This document shows, in pieces, positions 28,851 through 43,454 of a DNA stretch of 64,000 nt. Source of the stretch: the human T2T-CHM13v2.0 reference genome, Homo sapiens. Each line of letters opens with the position of its first letter. Within the stretch, counting starts at the first letter, position 1. Location of the stretch: NCBI RefSeq assembly GCF_009914755.1, contig NC_060925.1; one strand, 5' to 3'. Below the pieces are notes generated by a model. It worked only from the letters and a program-made list of their open reading frames with translations. It did no database searches and was not told the origin of the DNA. The position numbers were made by a program, and so were the translations under genes.

Positions 28851-31199
28851 ATGGAATCGTCATCGAATGAATTGAATGCAATCATCGAATGGTCTCGAAT
28901 GGAATCATCTTCTAATGGAAAGGAATGGAATCATCGCATAGAATCGAATGGAATTATCATCGAATGGAATCGAATGGTATCAACACCAAACGGAAATAAA
29001 CGGAATTATCGAATGGAATCGAAGAGAATCTTCGAACGGACCCGAATGGAATCATCTAATGGAATGGAATGGAATAATCCATGGACTCGAATGCAATCAT
29101 CATCGAATGGAATCGAATGGAATCATCGAATGGACTCGAATGGAATAATCATTGAACGGAATCGAATGGAATCATCATCGGATGGAAACGAATGGAATCA
29201 TCATCGAATGGAAATGAAAGGAGTCATCATCTAATGGAATTGCATGGAATCATCATAAAATGGAATCGAATGGAATCAACATCAAATGGAATCAAATGGA
29301 ATCATTGAACGGAATTGAATGGAATCGTCATCGAATGAATTGACTGCAATCATCGAATGGTCTCGAATGGAATCATCTTCAAATGGAATGGAATGGAATC
29401 ATCGCATAGAATCGAATGGAATTATCATCGAATGGAATCGAATGGAATCAACACCAAACGGAAAAAAACGGAATTATCGAATGGAATCGAAGAGAATCAT
29501 CGAATGGACCCGAATGGAATCATCTAATGGAATGGAATGGAATAATCCATGGACTCGAATGCAATCATCATCGAATGGAATCGAATGGAATCATCGAATG
29601 GACTCGAATGGAATAATCATTGAACGGAATCGAATGGAATCATCATCGGATGGAAATGAATGGAATCATCATCGAATGGAATCGAATAGAATTATGGAAT
29701 GAAATCCAGTGTGATCATCATCGAATGGACCCGAATGGAATCATCATCCAACGGAAGCTAATGGAATCAACATCGAATGAATCGAATGGAAACACCATCG
29801 AATAGAAACGAATGGAATTATCATGAAACTGAAATGGATGGACTCATCATCGAATGGATTCGAATGGAATCATCGAATAAAATTGACTGAAATCATCATC
29901 CAATGGAATCGAATGGTATCATTGAATGGAATCGAATGGAATCATCATCAGATGGAAATGAATGGAATCGTCATAGAATGGAATCGAATGGATTCATTGA
30001 ATGGAATCAGATGGAATCATCGAATGGACTGGAATGGAATCATTGAATGGACTCGAAAGGGATCATGATTGAATGGAATTGAATGGAATCATCGAATGGT
30101 CTCTATTGGAATCATTATCAAATGGAATCGAATGGAATCACCGAATAGAATCGAATGGAACAATCATCGAATGGACTCAAATGGAATTATCCTCCAATGG
30201 AATCGAATGGAATTATCAAATGCAATCGAATGGAATTATCGAATGCAATCGAATAGAATCATCGAATGGACTCGAATGGAATCATCGAATGGAATGGAAT
30301 GGAACAGTCAATGAACTCGAATGGAATCATCATTGAATGGAATCGAATGGAATCATCGAGTGGAATCGAATGGAATTATGATCAAATGGAATCGAATGTA
30401 ATCATCATCAAATGGAATCAAAAATAACCATCATCAATTTTTATTGAATGGAATTGTCATCAAATGGAATTCAAAGGAATCATCATCAAATGGAACCGAA
30501 TGGAATCCTCATTGAATGGAAATGAAAGGGGTCATCATCTAATGGAATCGCATGGAATCATCATCAAATGGAATCGAATGGAATCATCATCAAATGGAAT
30601 CTAATGGAATCATTGAACAGAATTGAATGGAATCGTCATCGAATGAATTGAATGCAATCATCGAATGGTCTCGAATGGAATCATCTTCTAATGGAAAGGA
30701 ATGGAATCATCGCATAGAATCGAATGGAATTATCATCGAATGGAATCGAATGGTATCAACACCAAACGGAAAAAAACGGAATTATCGAATGGAATCGAAG
30801 AGAATCTTCGAACGGACCCGAATGGAATCATCTAATGGAATGGAATGGAATAATCCATGGACTCGAATGCAATCATCATCGAATGGAATCGAATGGAATC
30901 ATCGAATGGACTCGAATGGAATAATCATTGAACGGAATCGAATGGAATCATCACCGGATGGAAACGAATGGAATCATCATCGAATGGAAATGAAAGGAGA
31001 CATCATCTAATGGAATTGCATGGAATCATCATAAAATGGAATCGAATGGAATCAACATCAAATGGAATCAAATGGAATAATTGAACGGAATTGAATGGAA
31101 TCGTCATCGAATGAATTGAATGCAATCATCGAATGGTCTAGAATGGAATCATCTTCAAATGGAATGGAATGGAATCATCGCATAGAATCGAATGGAAGT

Positions 31200-34100
31200 A
31201 TCATCGAATGGAATCGAATGGAATCAACATCAAACGGAAAAAAACGGAATTATCGAATGGAATCGAAGAGAATCATCGAATGGACCCGAATGGAATCATC
31301 TAATGGAATGGAATGGAATAATCCATGGACTCGAATGCAATCATCATCGAATGGAATCGAATGGAATCATCGAATGGACTCGAATGGAATAATCATTGAA
31401 CGGAATCGAATGGAATCATCATCGGATGGAAATGAATGGAATCATCATCGAATGGAATCCAATAGAATTATGGAATGAAATCCAGTGTGATCATCATCGA
31501 ATGGACCCGAATGGAATCATCATCCAACGGAAGCTAATGGAATCAACATCGAATGAATCGAATGGAAACACCATCGAATTGAAACGAATGGAATTATCAT
31601 GAAATTGAAATGGATGGACTCATCATCGAATGGATTCGAATGGAATCATCGAATAAAATTGATTGAAATCATCATCCAATGGAATCGAATGGTATCATTG
31701 AATGGAATCGAATGGAATCATCATCAGATGGAAATGAATGGAATCGTCATAGAATGGAATCGAATAGATTCATTGAATGGAATCAGATGGAATCATCGAA
31801 TGGACTGGAATGGAATCATTGAATGGACTCGAAAGGGATCATGATTGAATGGAATTGAATGGAATCATCGAATGGTCTGGATTGGAATCATTATCAAATG
31901 GAATCGAATGGAATCACCGAATAGAATCGAATGGAACAATCATCGAATGGACTCAAATGGAATTATGCTCAAATGGAATCGAATGGAATTATCGAATGCA
32001 ATCGAATGGAATTATCGAATGCAATCGAATAGAATCATCGAATGGACTCGAATGGAATCATCGAATGGAATGGAATGGAACAGTCAATGAACTCGAATGG
32101 AATCATCATTGAATGGAATCGAATGGAATCATCGAGTGGAATCGAATGGAATTATGATCAAATGGAATCGAATATAATCATCATCAAATGGAATCAAAAA
32201 TAACCATCATCAATTGGTATTGAATGGAATTCTCATCAAATGGAATTCAAAGGAATCATCATCAAATGGAACTGAATGGAATCCTCATTGAATGGAAATG
32301 AAAGGGGTCATCATCTAATGGAATCGCAGGGAATCATCATCAAATGGAATCGAATGGAATCATCATCAAATGGAATCTGATGGAATCATTGAACAGAATT
32401 GAATGGAATCGTCATCGAATGAATTGAATGCAATCATCGAATGGTCTCGAATGTAATCACATTCTAATGGAAAGGAATGGAATCATCGCATAGAATCGAA
32501 TGGAATTAACATTGAATGGACTCGAATGGAATCAACATCAAACGGAATCAAGCGGAATTATCGAATGGAATCGAAGAGAATCATCGAATGGTCTCGAATG
32601 GAATCATCTTCTAATGGAAAGGAATGGAATCATCGCATAGAATCGAATGTAATTAACATTGAATGGACTCGAATGGAATCAACATCAAATGGAATCAAGC
32701 GGAATTATCGAATGAAATTGAAGAGAATCATCGAATGGACTCGAATGGAATCATCTAATGGAATGGAATGGAATAATCCACGGACTCGAATGCAATCATC
32801 ATCGTATAAAATCGAATGGAATCATCGAATGGACTCGAATGGAATAATCATTGAACGGAATCGAATGGAATCATCATCGGATGGAAATGAATGGAATCAT
32901 CATCGAATGGAATCCAATAGAATTATGGAATGAAATCCAGTGTGATCATCATCGAATGGACCCGAATGGAATCATCATCCAACGGAAGCTAATGGAATCA
33001 ACATCGAATGAATCAAATGGAAACATCATCGAATTGAAACGAATGGAATTATCATGAAATTGAAATGGATGGACTCATCATCGAATGGATTCGAATGGAA
33101 TCATCGAATAAAATTGATTGAAATCATCATCGAATGGAATCGAATGGTATCATTGAATGGAATCGAATGGAATCATCATCAGATGGAAATGAATGGAATC
33201 GTCATAGAATGGAATCGAATGGATTCATTGAATGGAATCAGATGGAATCATCGAATGGACTGGAATGGAATCATTGAATGGACTCGAAAGGGAGCATGAT
33301 TGAATGGAATTGAATGGAATCATCGAATGGTCTCGATTGGAATCATTATCAAATGGAATCGAATGGAATCACCGAATAGAATCGAATGGAACAATCATCG
33401 AATGGACTCAAATGGAATTATCCTCAAATGGAATCGAATGGAATTATCGAATGCAATCGAATGGAATTATCGAATGCAATCGAATAGAATCATCGAATGG
33501 ACTCGAATGGAATCATCGAATGGAATGGAATGGAACAGTCAATGAACTCGAATGGAATCATCATTGAATGGAATCGAATGGAATCATCGAGTGGAATCGA
33601 ATGGAATTATGATCAAATGGAATCGAATGTAATCATCATCAAATGGAATCAAAAATAACCATCTTCAATTGGTATTGAATGGAATTGTCATCAAATGGAA
33701 TTCAAAGGAATCATCATCAAATGGAACCGAATGGAATCCTCATTGAATGGAAATGAAAGGGGTCATCATCTAATGGAATCGCATGGAATCATCATCAAAT
33801 GGAATCGAATGGAATCATCATCAAATGGAATCTAATGGAATCATTGAACAGAATTGAATGGAATCGTCATCGAATGAATTGAATGCAATCATCGAATGGT
33901 CTCGAATGGAATCATCTTCTAATGGAAAGGAATGGAATCATCGCATAGAATCGAATGGAATTATCATCGAATGGAATCGAATGGTATCAACACCAAACGG
34001 AAAAAAACGGAATTATCGAATGGAATCGAAGAGAATCTTCGAACGGACCCGAATGGAATCATCTAATGGAATGGAATGGAATAATCCATGGACTCGAATG

Positions 34101-37088
34101 CAATCATCATCGAATGGAATCGAGTGGAATCATCGAATGGACTCGAATGGAATAATCATTGAACGGAATCGAATGGAATCATCATCGGATGGAAACGAAT
34201 GGAATCATCATCGAATGGAAATGAAAGGAGTCATCATCTAATGGAATTGCATGGAATCATCATAAAATGGAATCGAATGGAATCAACATCAAATGGAATC
34301 AAATGGAATCATTGAACGGAATTGAATGGAATCGTCATCGAATGAATTGACTGCAATCATCGAATGGTCTCGAATGGAATCATCTTCAAATGGAATGGAA
34401 TGGAATCATCGCATAGAATCGAATGGAATTATCATCGAATGGAATCGAATGGAATCAACATCAAACGGAAAAAAACGGAATTATCGAATGGAATCGAAGA
34501 GAATCATCGAATGGACCCGAATGGAATCATCTAATGGAATGGAATGGAATAATCCATGGACTCGAATGCAATCATCATCGAATGGAATCGAATGGAATCA
34601 TCGAATGGACTCGAATGGAATAATCATTGAACGGAATCGAATGGAATCATCATCGGATGGAAATGAATGGAATCATCATCGAATGGAATCCAATAGAATT
34701 ATGGAATGAAATCCAGTGTGATCATCATCGAATGGACCCGAATGGAATCATCATCCAACGGAAGCTAATGGAATCAACATCGAATGAATCGAATGGAAAC
34801 ACCATCGAATTGAAACGAATGGAATTATCATGAAATTGAAATGGATGGACTCATCATCGAATGGATTCGAATGGAATCATCGAATAAAATTGATTGAAAT
34901 CATCATCCAATGGAATCGAATGGTATCATTGAATGGAATCGAATGGAATCATCATCAGATGGAAATGAATGGAATCGTCATAGAATGGAATCGAATAGAT
35001 TCATTGAATGGAATCAGATGGAATCATCGAATGGACTGGAATGGAATCATTGAATGGACTCGAAAGGGATCATGATTGAATGGAATTGAATGGAATCATC
35101 GAATGGTCTGGATTGGAATCATTATCAAATGGAATCGAATGGAATCACCGAATAGAATCGAATGGAACAATCATCGAATGGACTCAAATGGAATTATGCT
35201 CAAATGGAATCGAATGGAATTATCGAATGCAATCGAATGGAATTATCGAATGCAATCGAATAGAATCATCGAATGGACTCGAATGGAATCATCGAATGGA
35301 ATGGAATGGAACAGTCAATGAACTCGAATGGAATCATCATTGAATGGAATCGAATGGAATCATCGAGTGGAATCGAATGGAATTATGATCAAATGGAATC
35401 GAATATAATCATCATCAAATGGAATCAAAAATAACCATCATCAATTGGTATTGAATGGAATTCTCATCAAATGGAATTCAAAGGAATCATCATCAAATGG
35501 AACTGAATGGAATCCTCATTGAATGGAAATGAAAGGGGTCATCATCTAATGGAATCGCAGGGAATCATCATCAAATGGAATCGAATGGAATCATCATCAA
35601 ATGGAATCTGATGGAATCATTGAACAGAATTGAATGGAATCGTCATCGAATGAATTGAATGCAATCATCGAATGGTCTCGAATGTAATCACATTCTAATG
35701 GAAAGGAATGGAATCATCGCATAGAATCGAATGGAATTAACATTGAATGGACTCGAATGGAATCAACATCAAACGGAATCAAGCGGAATTATCGAATGGA
35801 ATCGAAGAGAATCATCGAATGGTCTCGAATGGAATCATCTTCTAATGGAAAGGAATGGAATCATCGCATAGAATCGAATGTAATTAACATTGAATGGACT
35901 CGAATGGAATCAACATCAAATGGAATCAAGCGGAATTATCGAATGAAATTGAAGAGAATCATCGAATGGACTCGAATGGAATCATCTAATGGAATGGAAT
36001 GGAATAATCCACGGACTCGAATGCAATCATCATCGTATAAAATCGAATGGAATCATCGAATGGACTCGAATGGAATAATCATTGAACGGAATCGAATGGA
36101 ATCATCATCGGATGGAAATGAATGGAATCATCATCGAATGGAATCCAATAGAATTATGGAATGAAATCCAGTGTGATCATCATCGAATGGACCCGAATGG
36201 AATCATCATCCAACGGAAGCTAATGGAATCAACATCGAATGAATCAAATGGAAACATCATCGAATTGAAACGAATGGAATTATCATGAAATTGAAATGGA
36301 TGGACTCATCATCGAATGGATTCGAATGGAATCATCGAATAAAATTGATTGAAATCATCATCGAATGGAATCGAATGGTATCATTGAATGGAATCGAATG
36401 GAATCATCATCAGATGGAAATGAATGGAATCGTCATAGAATGGAATCGAATGGATTCATTGAATGGAATCAGATGGAATCATCGAATGGACTGGAATGGA
36501 ATCATTGAATGGACTCGAAAGGGAGCATGATTGAATGGAATTGAATGGAATCATCGAATGGTCTCGATTGGAATCATTATCAAATGGAATCGAATGGAAT
36601 CACCGAATAGAATCGAATGGAACAATCATCGAATGGACTCAAATGGAATTATCCTCAAATGGAATCGAATGGAATTATCGAATGCAATCGAATGGAATTA
36701 TCGAATGCAATCGAATAGAATCATCGAATGGACTCGAATGGAATCATCGAATGGAATGGAATGGAACAGTCAATGAACTCGAATGGAATCATCATTGAAT
36801 GGAATCGAATGGAATCATCGAGTGGAATCGAATGGAATTATGATCAAATGGAATCGAATGTAATCATCATCAAATGGAATCAAAAATAACCATCATCAAT
36901 TGGTATTGAATGGAATTGTCATCAAATGGAATTCAAAGGAATCATCATCAAATGGAACCGAATGGAATCCTCATTGAATGGAAATGAAAGGGGTCATCAT
37001 CTAATGGAATCGCATGGAATCATCATCAAATGGAATCGAATGGAATCATCATCAAATGGAATCTAATGGAATCATTGAACAGAATTGA
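31200..37088 (+). repeat. Tandem repeat of canonical plus diverged unit, period 3231 bp (variant copies 3 and 4, 1455 bp each)
   Basis: Shared variants at +3231: ggaatccaatag (~31453/~34684), aatagattc, ggtctggatt, aattatgctc (~31961/~35192). Variant ORFs at 32526/35757. gggagcatg occurs in both. Confidence 0.88.
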
Positions 37089-38151
37089 ATGGAATCGTCA
37101 TCGAATGAATTGAATGCAATCATCGAATGGTCTCGAATGGAATCATCTTCTAATGGAAAGGAATGGAATCATCGCATAGAATCGAATGGAATTATCATCG
37201 AATGGAATCGAATGGTATCAACACCAAACGGAAAAAAACGGAATTATCGAATGGAATCGAAGAGAATCTTCGAACGGACCCGAATGGAATCATCTAATGG
37301 AATGGAATGGAATAATCCATGGACTCGAATGCAATCATCATCGAATGGAATCGAATGGAATCATCGAATGGACTCGAATGGAATAATCATTGAACGGAAT
37401 CGAATGGAATCATCATCGGATGGAAACGAATGGAATCATCATCGAATGGAAATGAAAGGAGTCATCATCTAATGGAATTGCATGGAATCATCATAAAATG
37501 GAATCGAATGGAATCAACATCAAATGGAATCAAATGGAATCATTGAACGGAATTGAATGGAATCGTCATCGAATGAATTGACTGCAATCATCGAATGGTC
37601 TCGAATGGAATCATCTTCAAATGGAATGGAATGGAATCATCGCATAGAATCGAATGGAATTATCATCGAATGGAATCGAATGGAATCAACATCAAACGGA
37701 AAAAAACGGAATTATCGAATGGAATCGAAGAGAATCATCGAATGGACCCGAATGGAATGATCTAATGGAATGGAATGGAATAATCCATGGACTCGAATGC
37801 AATCATCATCGAATGGAATCGAATGGAATCATCGAATGAACTCGAATGGAATCATCATTGAATGGAATCGAATGGAATCATCGAGTGGAATCGAATGGAA
37901 TTATGATCAAATGGAATCGAATGTAATCATCATCAAATGGAATCAAAAATAACCATCTTCAATTGGTATTGAATGGAATTGTCATCAAATGGAATTCAAA
38001 GGAATCATCATCAAATGGAACCGAATGGAATCCTCATTGAATGGAAATGAAAGGGGTCATCATCTAATGGAATCGCATGGAATCATCATCAAATGGAATC
38101 GAATAGAATCATCATCAAATGGAATCTAATGGAATCATTGAACAGAATTGA
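37089..38151 (+). repeat. 1063 bp variant unit, copy 4
   Basis: Same junction at ~37835. Spacing 37089 to 38152. Confidence 0.9.
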
Positions 38152-41100
38152 ATGGAATCGTCATCGAATGAATTGAATGCAATCATCGAATGGTCTCGAA
38201 TGGAATCATCTTCTAATGGAAAGGAATGGAATCATCGCATAGAATCGAATGGAATTATCATCGAATGGAATCGAATGGTATCAACACCAAACGGAAAAAA
38301 AACGGAATTATCGAATGGAATCGAAGAGAATCTTCGAACGGACCCGAATGGAATCATCTAATGGAATGGAATGGAATAATCCATGGACTCGAATGCAATC
38401 ATCATCGAATGGAATCGTGTGGAATCATCGAATGGACTCGAATGGAATAATCATTGAACGGAATCGAATGGAATCATCATCGGATGGAAACGAATGGAAT
38501 CATCATCGAATGGAAATGAAAGGAGTCATCATCTAATGGAATTGCATGGAATCATCATAAAATGGAATCGAATGGAATCAACATCAAATGGAATCAAATG
38601 GAATCATTGAACGGAATTGAATGGAATCGTCATCGAATGAATTGACTGCAATCATCGAATGGTCTCGAATGGAATCATCTTCAAATGGAATGGAATGGAA
38701 TCATCGCATAGAATCGAATGGAATTATCATCGAATGGAATCGAATGGAATCAACATCAAACGGAAAAAAACGGAATTATCGAATGGAATCGAAGAGAATC
38801 ATCGAATGGACCCGAATGGAATCATCTAATGGAATGGAATGGAATAATCCATGGACTCGAATGCAATCATCATCGAATGGAATCGAATGGAATCATCGAA
38901 TGGACTCGAATGGAATAATCATTGAACGGAAACGAATGGAATCATCATCGGATGGAAATGAATGGAATCATCATCGAATGGAATCGAATAGAATTATGGA
39001 ATGAAATCCAGTGTGATCATCATCGAATGGACCCGAATGGAATCATCATCCAACGGAAGCTAATGGAATCAACATCGAATGAATCGAATGGAAACACCAT
39101 CGAATTGAAACGAATGGAATTACCATGAAATTGAAATGGATGGACTCATCATCGAATGGATTCGAATGGAATCATCGAATAAAATTGATTGAAATCATCA
39201 TCCAATGGAATCGAATGGTATCATTGAATGGAATCGAATGGAATCATCATCAGATGGAAATGAATGGAATCGTCATAGAATGGAATCGAATGGATTCATT
39301 GAATGGAATCAGATGGAATCATCGAATGGACTGGAATGGAATCATTGAATGGACTCGAAAGGGATCATGATTGAATGGAATTGAATGGAATCATCGAATG
39401 GTCTCGATTGGAATCATTATCAAATGGAATCGAATGGAATCACCGAATAGAATCGAATGGAACAATCATCGAATGGACTCAAATGGAATTATCCTCAAAT
39501 GGAATCGAATGGAATTATCGAATGCAATCGAATGGAATTATCGAATGCAATCGAATAGAATCATCGAATGGACTCGAATGGAATCATCGAATGGAATAGA
39601 ATGGAACAGTCAATGAACTCGAATGGAATCATCATTGAATGGAATCGAATGGAATCATCGAGTGGAATCGAATGGAATTATGATCAAATGGAATCGAATG
39701 TAATCATCATCAAATGGAATCAAAAATAACCATCATCAATTGGTATTGAATGGAATTGTCATCAAATGGAATTCAAAGGAATCATCATCAAATGGAACCG
39801 AATGGAATCCTCATTGAATGGAAATGAAAGGGGTCATCATCTAATGGAATCGCATGGAATCATCATCAAATGGAATCGAATGGAATCATCATCAAATGGA
39901 ATCTAATGGAATCATTGAACAGAATTGAATGGAATCGTCATCGAATGAATTGAATGCAATCATCGAATGCTCTCGAATGGAATCATCTTCTAATGGAAAG
40001 GAATGGAATCATCGCATAGAATCGAATGGAATTATCATCGAATGGAATCGAATGGTATCAACACCAAACGGAAAAAAACGGAATTATCGAATGGAATCGA
40101 AGAGAATCTTCGAACGGACCCGAATGGAATCATCTAATGGAATGGAATGGAATAATCCATGGACTCGAATGCAATCATCATCGAATGGAATCGAATGGAA
40201 TCATCGAATGGACTCGAATGGAATAATCATTGAACGGAATCGAATGGAATCATCATCGGATGGAAACGAATGGAATCATCATCGAATGGAAATGAAAGGA
40301 GTCATCATCTAATGGAATTGCATGGAATCATCATAAAATGGAATCGAATGGAATCAACATCAAATGGAATCAAATGGAATCATTGAACGGAATTGAATGG
40401 AATCGTCATCGAATGAATTGACTGCAATCATCGAATGGTCTCGAATGGAATCATCTTCAAATGGAATGGAATGGAATCATCGCAGAGAATCGAATGGAAT
40501 TATCATCGAATGGAATCGAATGGAATCAACATCAAACGGAAAAAAACGGAATTATCGAATGGAATCGAAGAGAATCATCGAATGGACCCGAATGGAATCA
40601 TCTAATGGAATGGAATGGAATAATCCATGGACTCGAATGCAATCATCATCGAATGGAATCGAATGGAATCATCGAATGGACTCGAATGGAATAATCATTG
40701 AACGGAAACGAATGGAATCATCATCGGATGGAGATGAATGGAATCATCATCGAATGGAATCGAATAGAATTATGGAATGAAATCCAGTGTGATCATCATC
40801 GAATGGACCCGAATGGAATCATCATCCAACGGAAGCTAATGGAATCAACATCGAATGAATCGAATGGAAACACCATCGAATTGAAACGAATGGAATTATC
40901 ATGAAATTGAAATGGATGGACTCATCATCGAATGGATTCGAATGGAATCATCGAATAAAATTGATTGAAATCATCATCGAATGGAATCGAATGGTATCAT
41001 TGAATGGAATCGAATGGAATCATCATCAGATGGAAATGAATGGAATCGTCATAGAATGGAATCGAATGGATTCATTGAATGGAATCAGATGGAATCATCG

Positions 41101-43454
41101 AATGGACTGGAATGGAATCATTGAATGGACTCGATAGGGATCATGATTGAATGGAATTGAATGGAATCATCGAATGGTCTCGATTGGAATCATTATCAAA
41201 TGGAATCGAATGGAATCACCGAATAGAATCGAATGGAACAATCATCGAATGGACTCAAATGGAATTATCCTCAAATGGAATCGAATGGAATTATCGAATG
41301 CAATCGAATGGAATTATCGAATGCAATCGAATAGAATCATCGAATGGACTCGAATGGAATCATCGAATGGAATGGAATGGAACAGTCAATGAACTCGAAT
41401 GGAATAATCATTGAATGGAATCGAATGGAATCATCGAGTGGAATTGAATGGAATTATGATCAAATGGAATCGAATGTAATCATCATCAAATGGAATCAAA
41501 AATAACCATCATCAATTGGTATTGAATGGAATTGTCATCAAATGGAATTCAAAGGAATCATCATCAAATGGAACCGAATGGAATCCTCATTGAATGGAAA
41601 TGAAAGGGGTCATCATCTAATGGAATCGCATGGAATCATCATCAAATGGAATCGAATGGAATCATTGAACAGAATTGAATGGAATGGTCATCGAATGAAT
41701 TGAATGCAATCATCGAATGGTCTCGAATGGAATCATCTTCTAATGGAAAGGAATGGAATCATCGCATAGAATCGAATGGAATTATCATCGAATGGAATCG
41801 AATGGTATGAACACCAAACGGAAAAAAACGGAATTATCGAATGGAATCGAAGAGAATCTTCGAACGGACCCGAATGGAATCATCTAATGGAATGGAATGG
41901 AATAATCCATGGACTCGAATGCAGTCATCATCGAATGGAATCGAATGGAATCATTGAATGGACTCGAATGGAATAATCATTGAACGGAATCGAATGGAAT
42001 CATCATCGGATGGAAACGAATGGAATCATCATCGAATGGAAATGAAAGGAGTCATCATCTAATGGAATTGCATGGAGTCATCATAAAATGGAATCGAATG
42101 GAATCAACATCAAATGGAATCAAATGGAATCATTGAACGGAATTGAATGGAATCGTCATCGAATGAATTGACTGCAATCATCCAATGGTCTCGAATGGAA
42201 TCATCTTCAAATGGAATGGAATGGAATCATCGCATAGAATCGAATGGAATTATCATCGAATGGAATCGAATGGAATCAACATCAAACGGAAAAAAACGGA
42301 ATTATCGAATGGAATCGAAGAGAATCATCGAATGGACCCGAATGGAATCATCTAATGGAATGGAATGGAATAATCCATGGACTCGAATGCAATCATCATC
42401 GAATGGAATCGAATGGAATCATCGAATGGACTCGAATGGAATAATCATTGAACGGAATCGAATGGAATCATCATCGGATGGAAATGAATGGAATCATCAT
42501 CGAATGGAATCGAATAGAATTATGGAATGAAATCCAGTGTGATCATCATCGAATGGACCCGAATGGAATCATCATCCAACGGAAGCTAATGGAATCAACA
42601 TCGAATGAATCGAATGGAAACACCATCGAATTGAAACGAATGGAATTATCATGAAATTGAAATGGATGGACTCATCATCGAATGGATTCGAATGGAATCA
42701 TCGAATAAAATTGATTGAAATCATCATCGAATGGAATCGAATGGTATCATTGAATGGAATCGAATGGAATCATCATCAGATGGAAATGAATGGAATCGTC
42801 ATAGAATGGAATCGAATGGATTCATTGAATGGAATCAGATGGAATCATCGAATGGACTGGAATGGAATCATTGAATGGACTCGAAAGGGATCATGATTGA
42901 ATGGAATTGAATGGAATCATCGAATGGTCTCGATTGGAATCATTATCAAATGGAATCGAATGGAATCACCGAATAGAATCGAATGGAACAATCATCGAAT
43001 GGACTCAAATGGAATTATCCTCAAATGGAATCGAATGGAATTATCGAATGCAATCGAATGGAATTATCGAATGCAATCGAATAGAATCATCGAATGGACT
43101 CGAATGGAATCATCGAATGGAATGGAATGGAACAGTCAATGAACTCGAATGGAATCATCATTGAATGGAATCGAATGGAATCATCGAGTGGAATCGAATG
43201 GAATTATGATCAAATGGAATCGAATGTAATCATCATCAAATGGAATCAAAAATAACCATCATCAATTGGTATTGAATGGAATTGTCATCAAATGGAATTC
43301 AAAGGAATCATCATCAAATGGAACCGAATGGAATCCTCATTGAATGGAAATGAAAGGGGTCATCATCTAATGGAATCGCATGGAATCATCATCAAATGGA
43401 ATCGAATGGAATCATCATCAAATGGAATCTAATGGAATCATTGAACAGAATTGA

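Noticed and set aside
38290-38305. A8 instead of A7 in cggaaaaaaacgg causing an ORF frameshift
   Set aside because: A single homopolymer slip or sequencing error with no functional implication.
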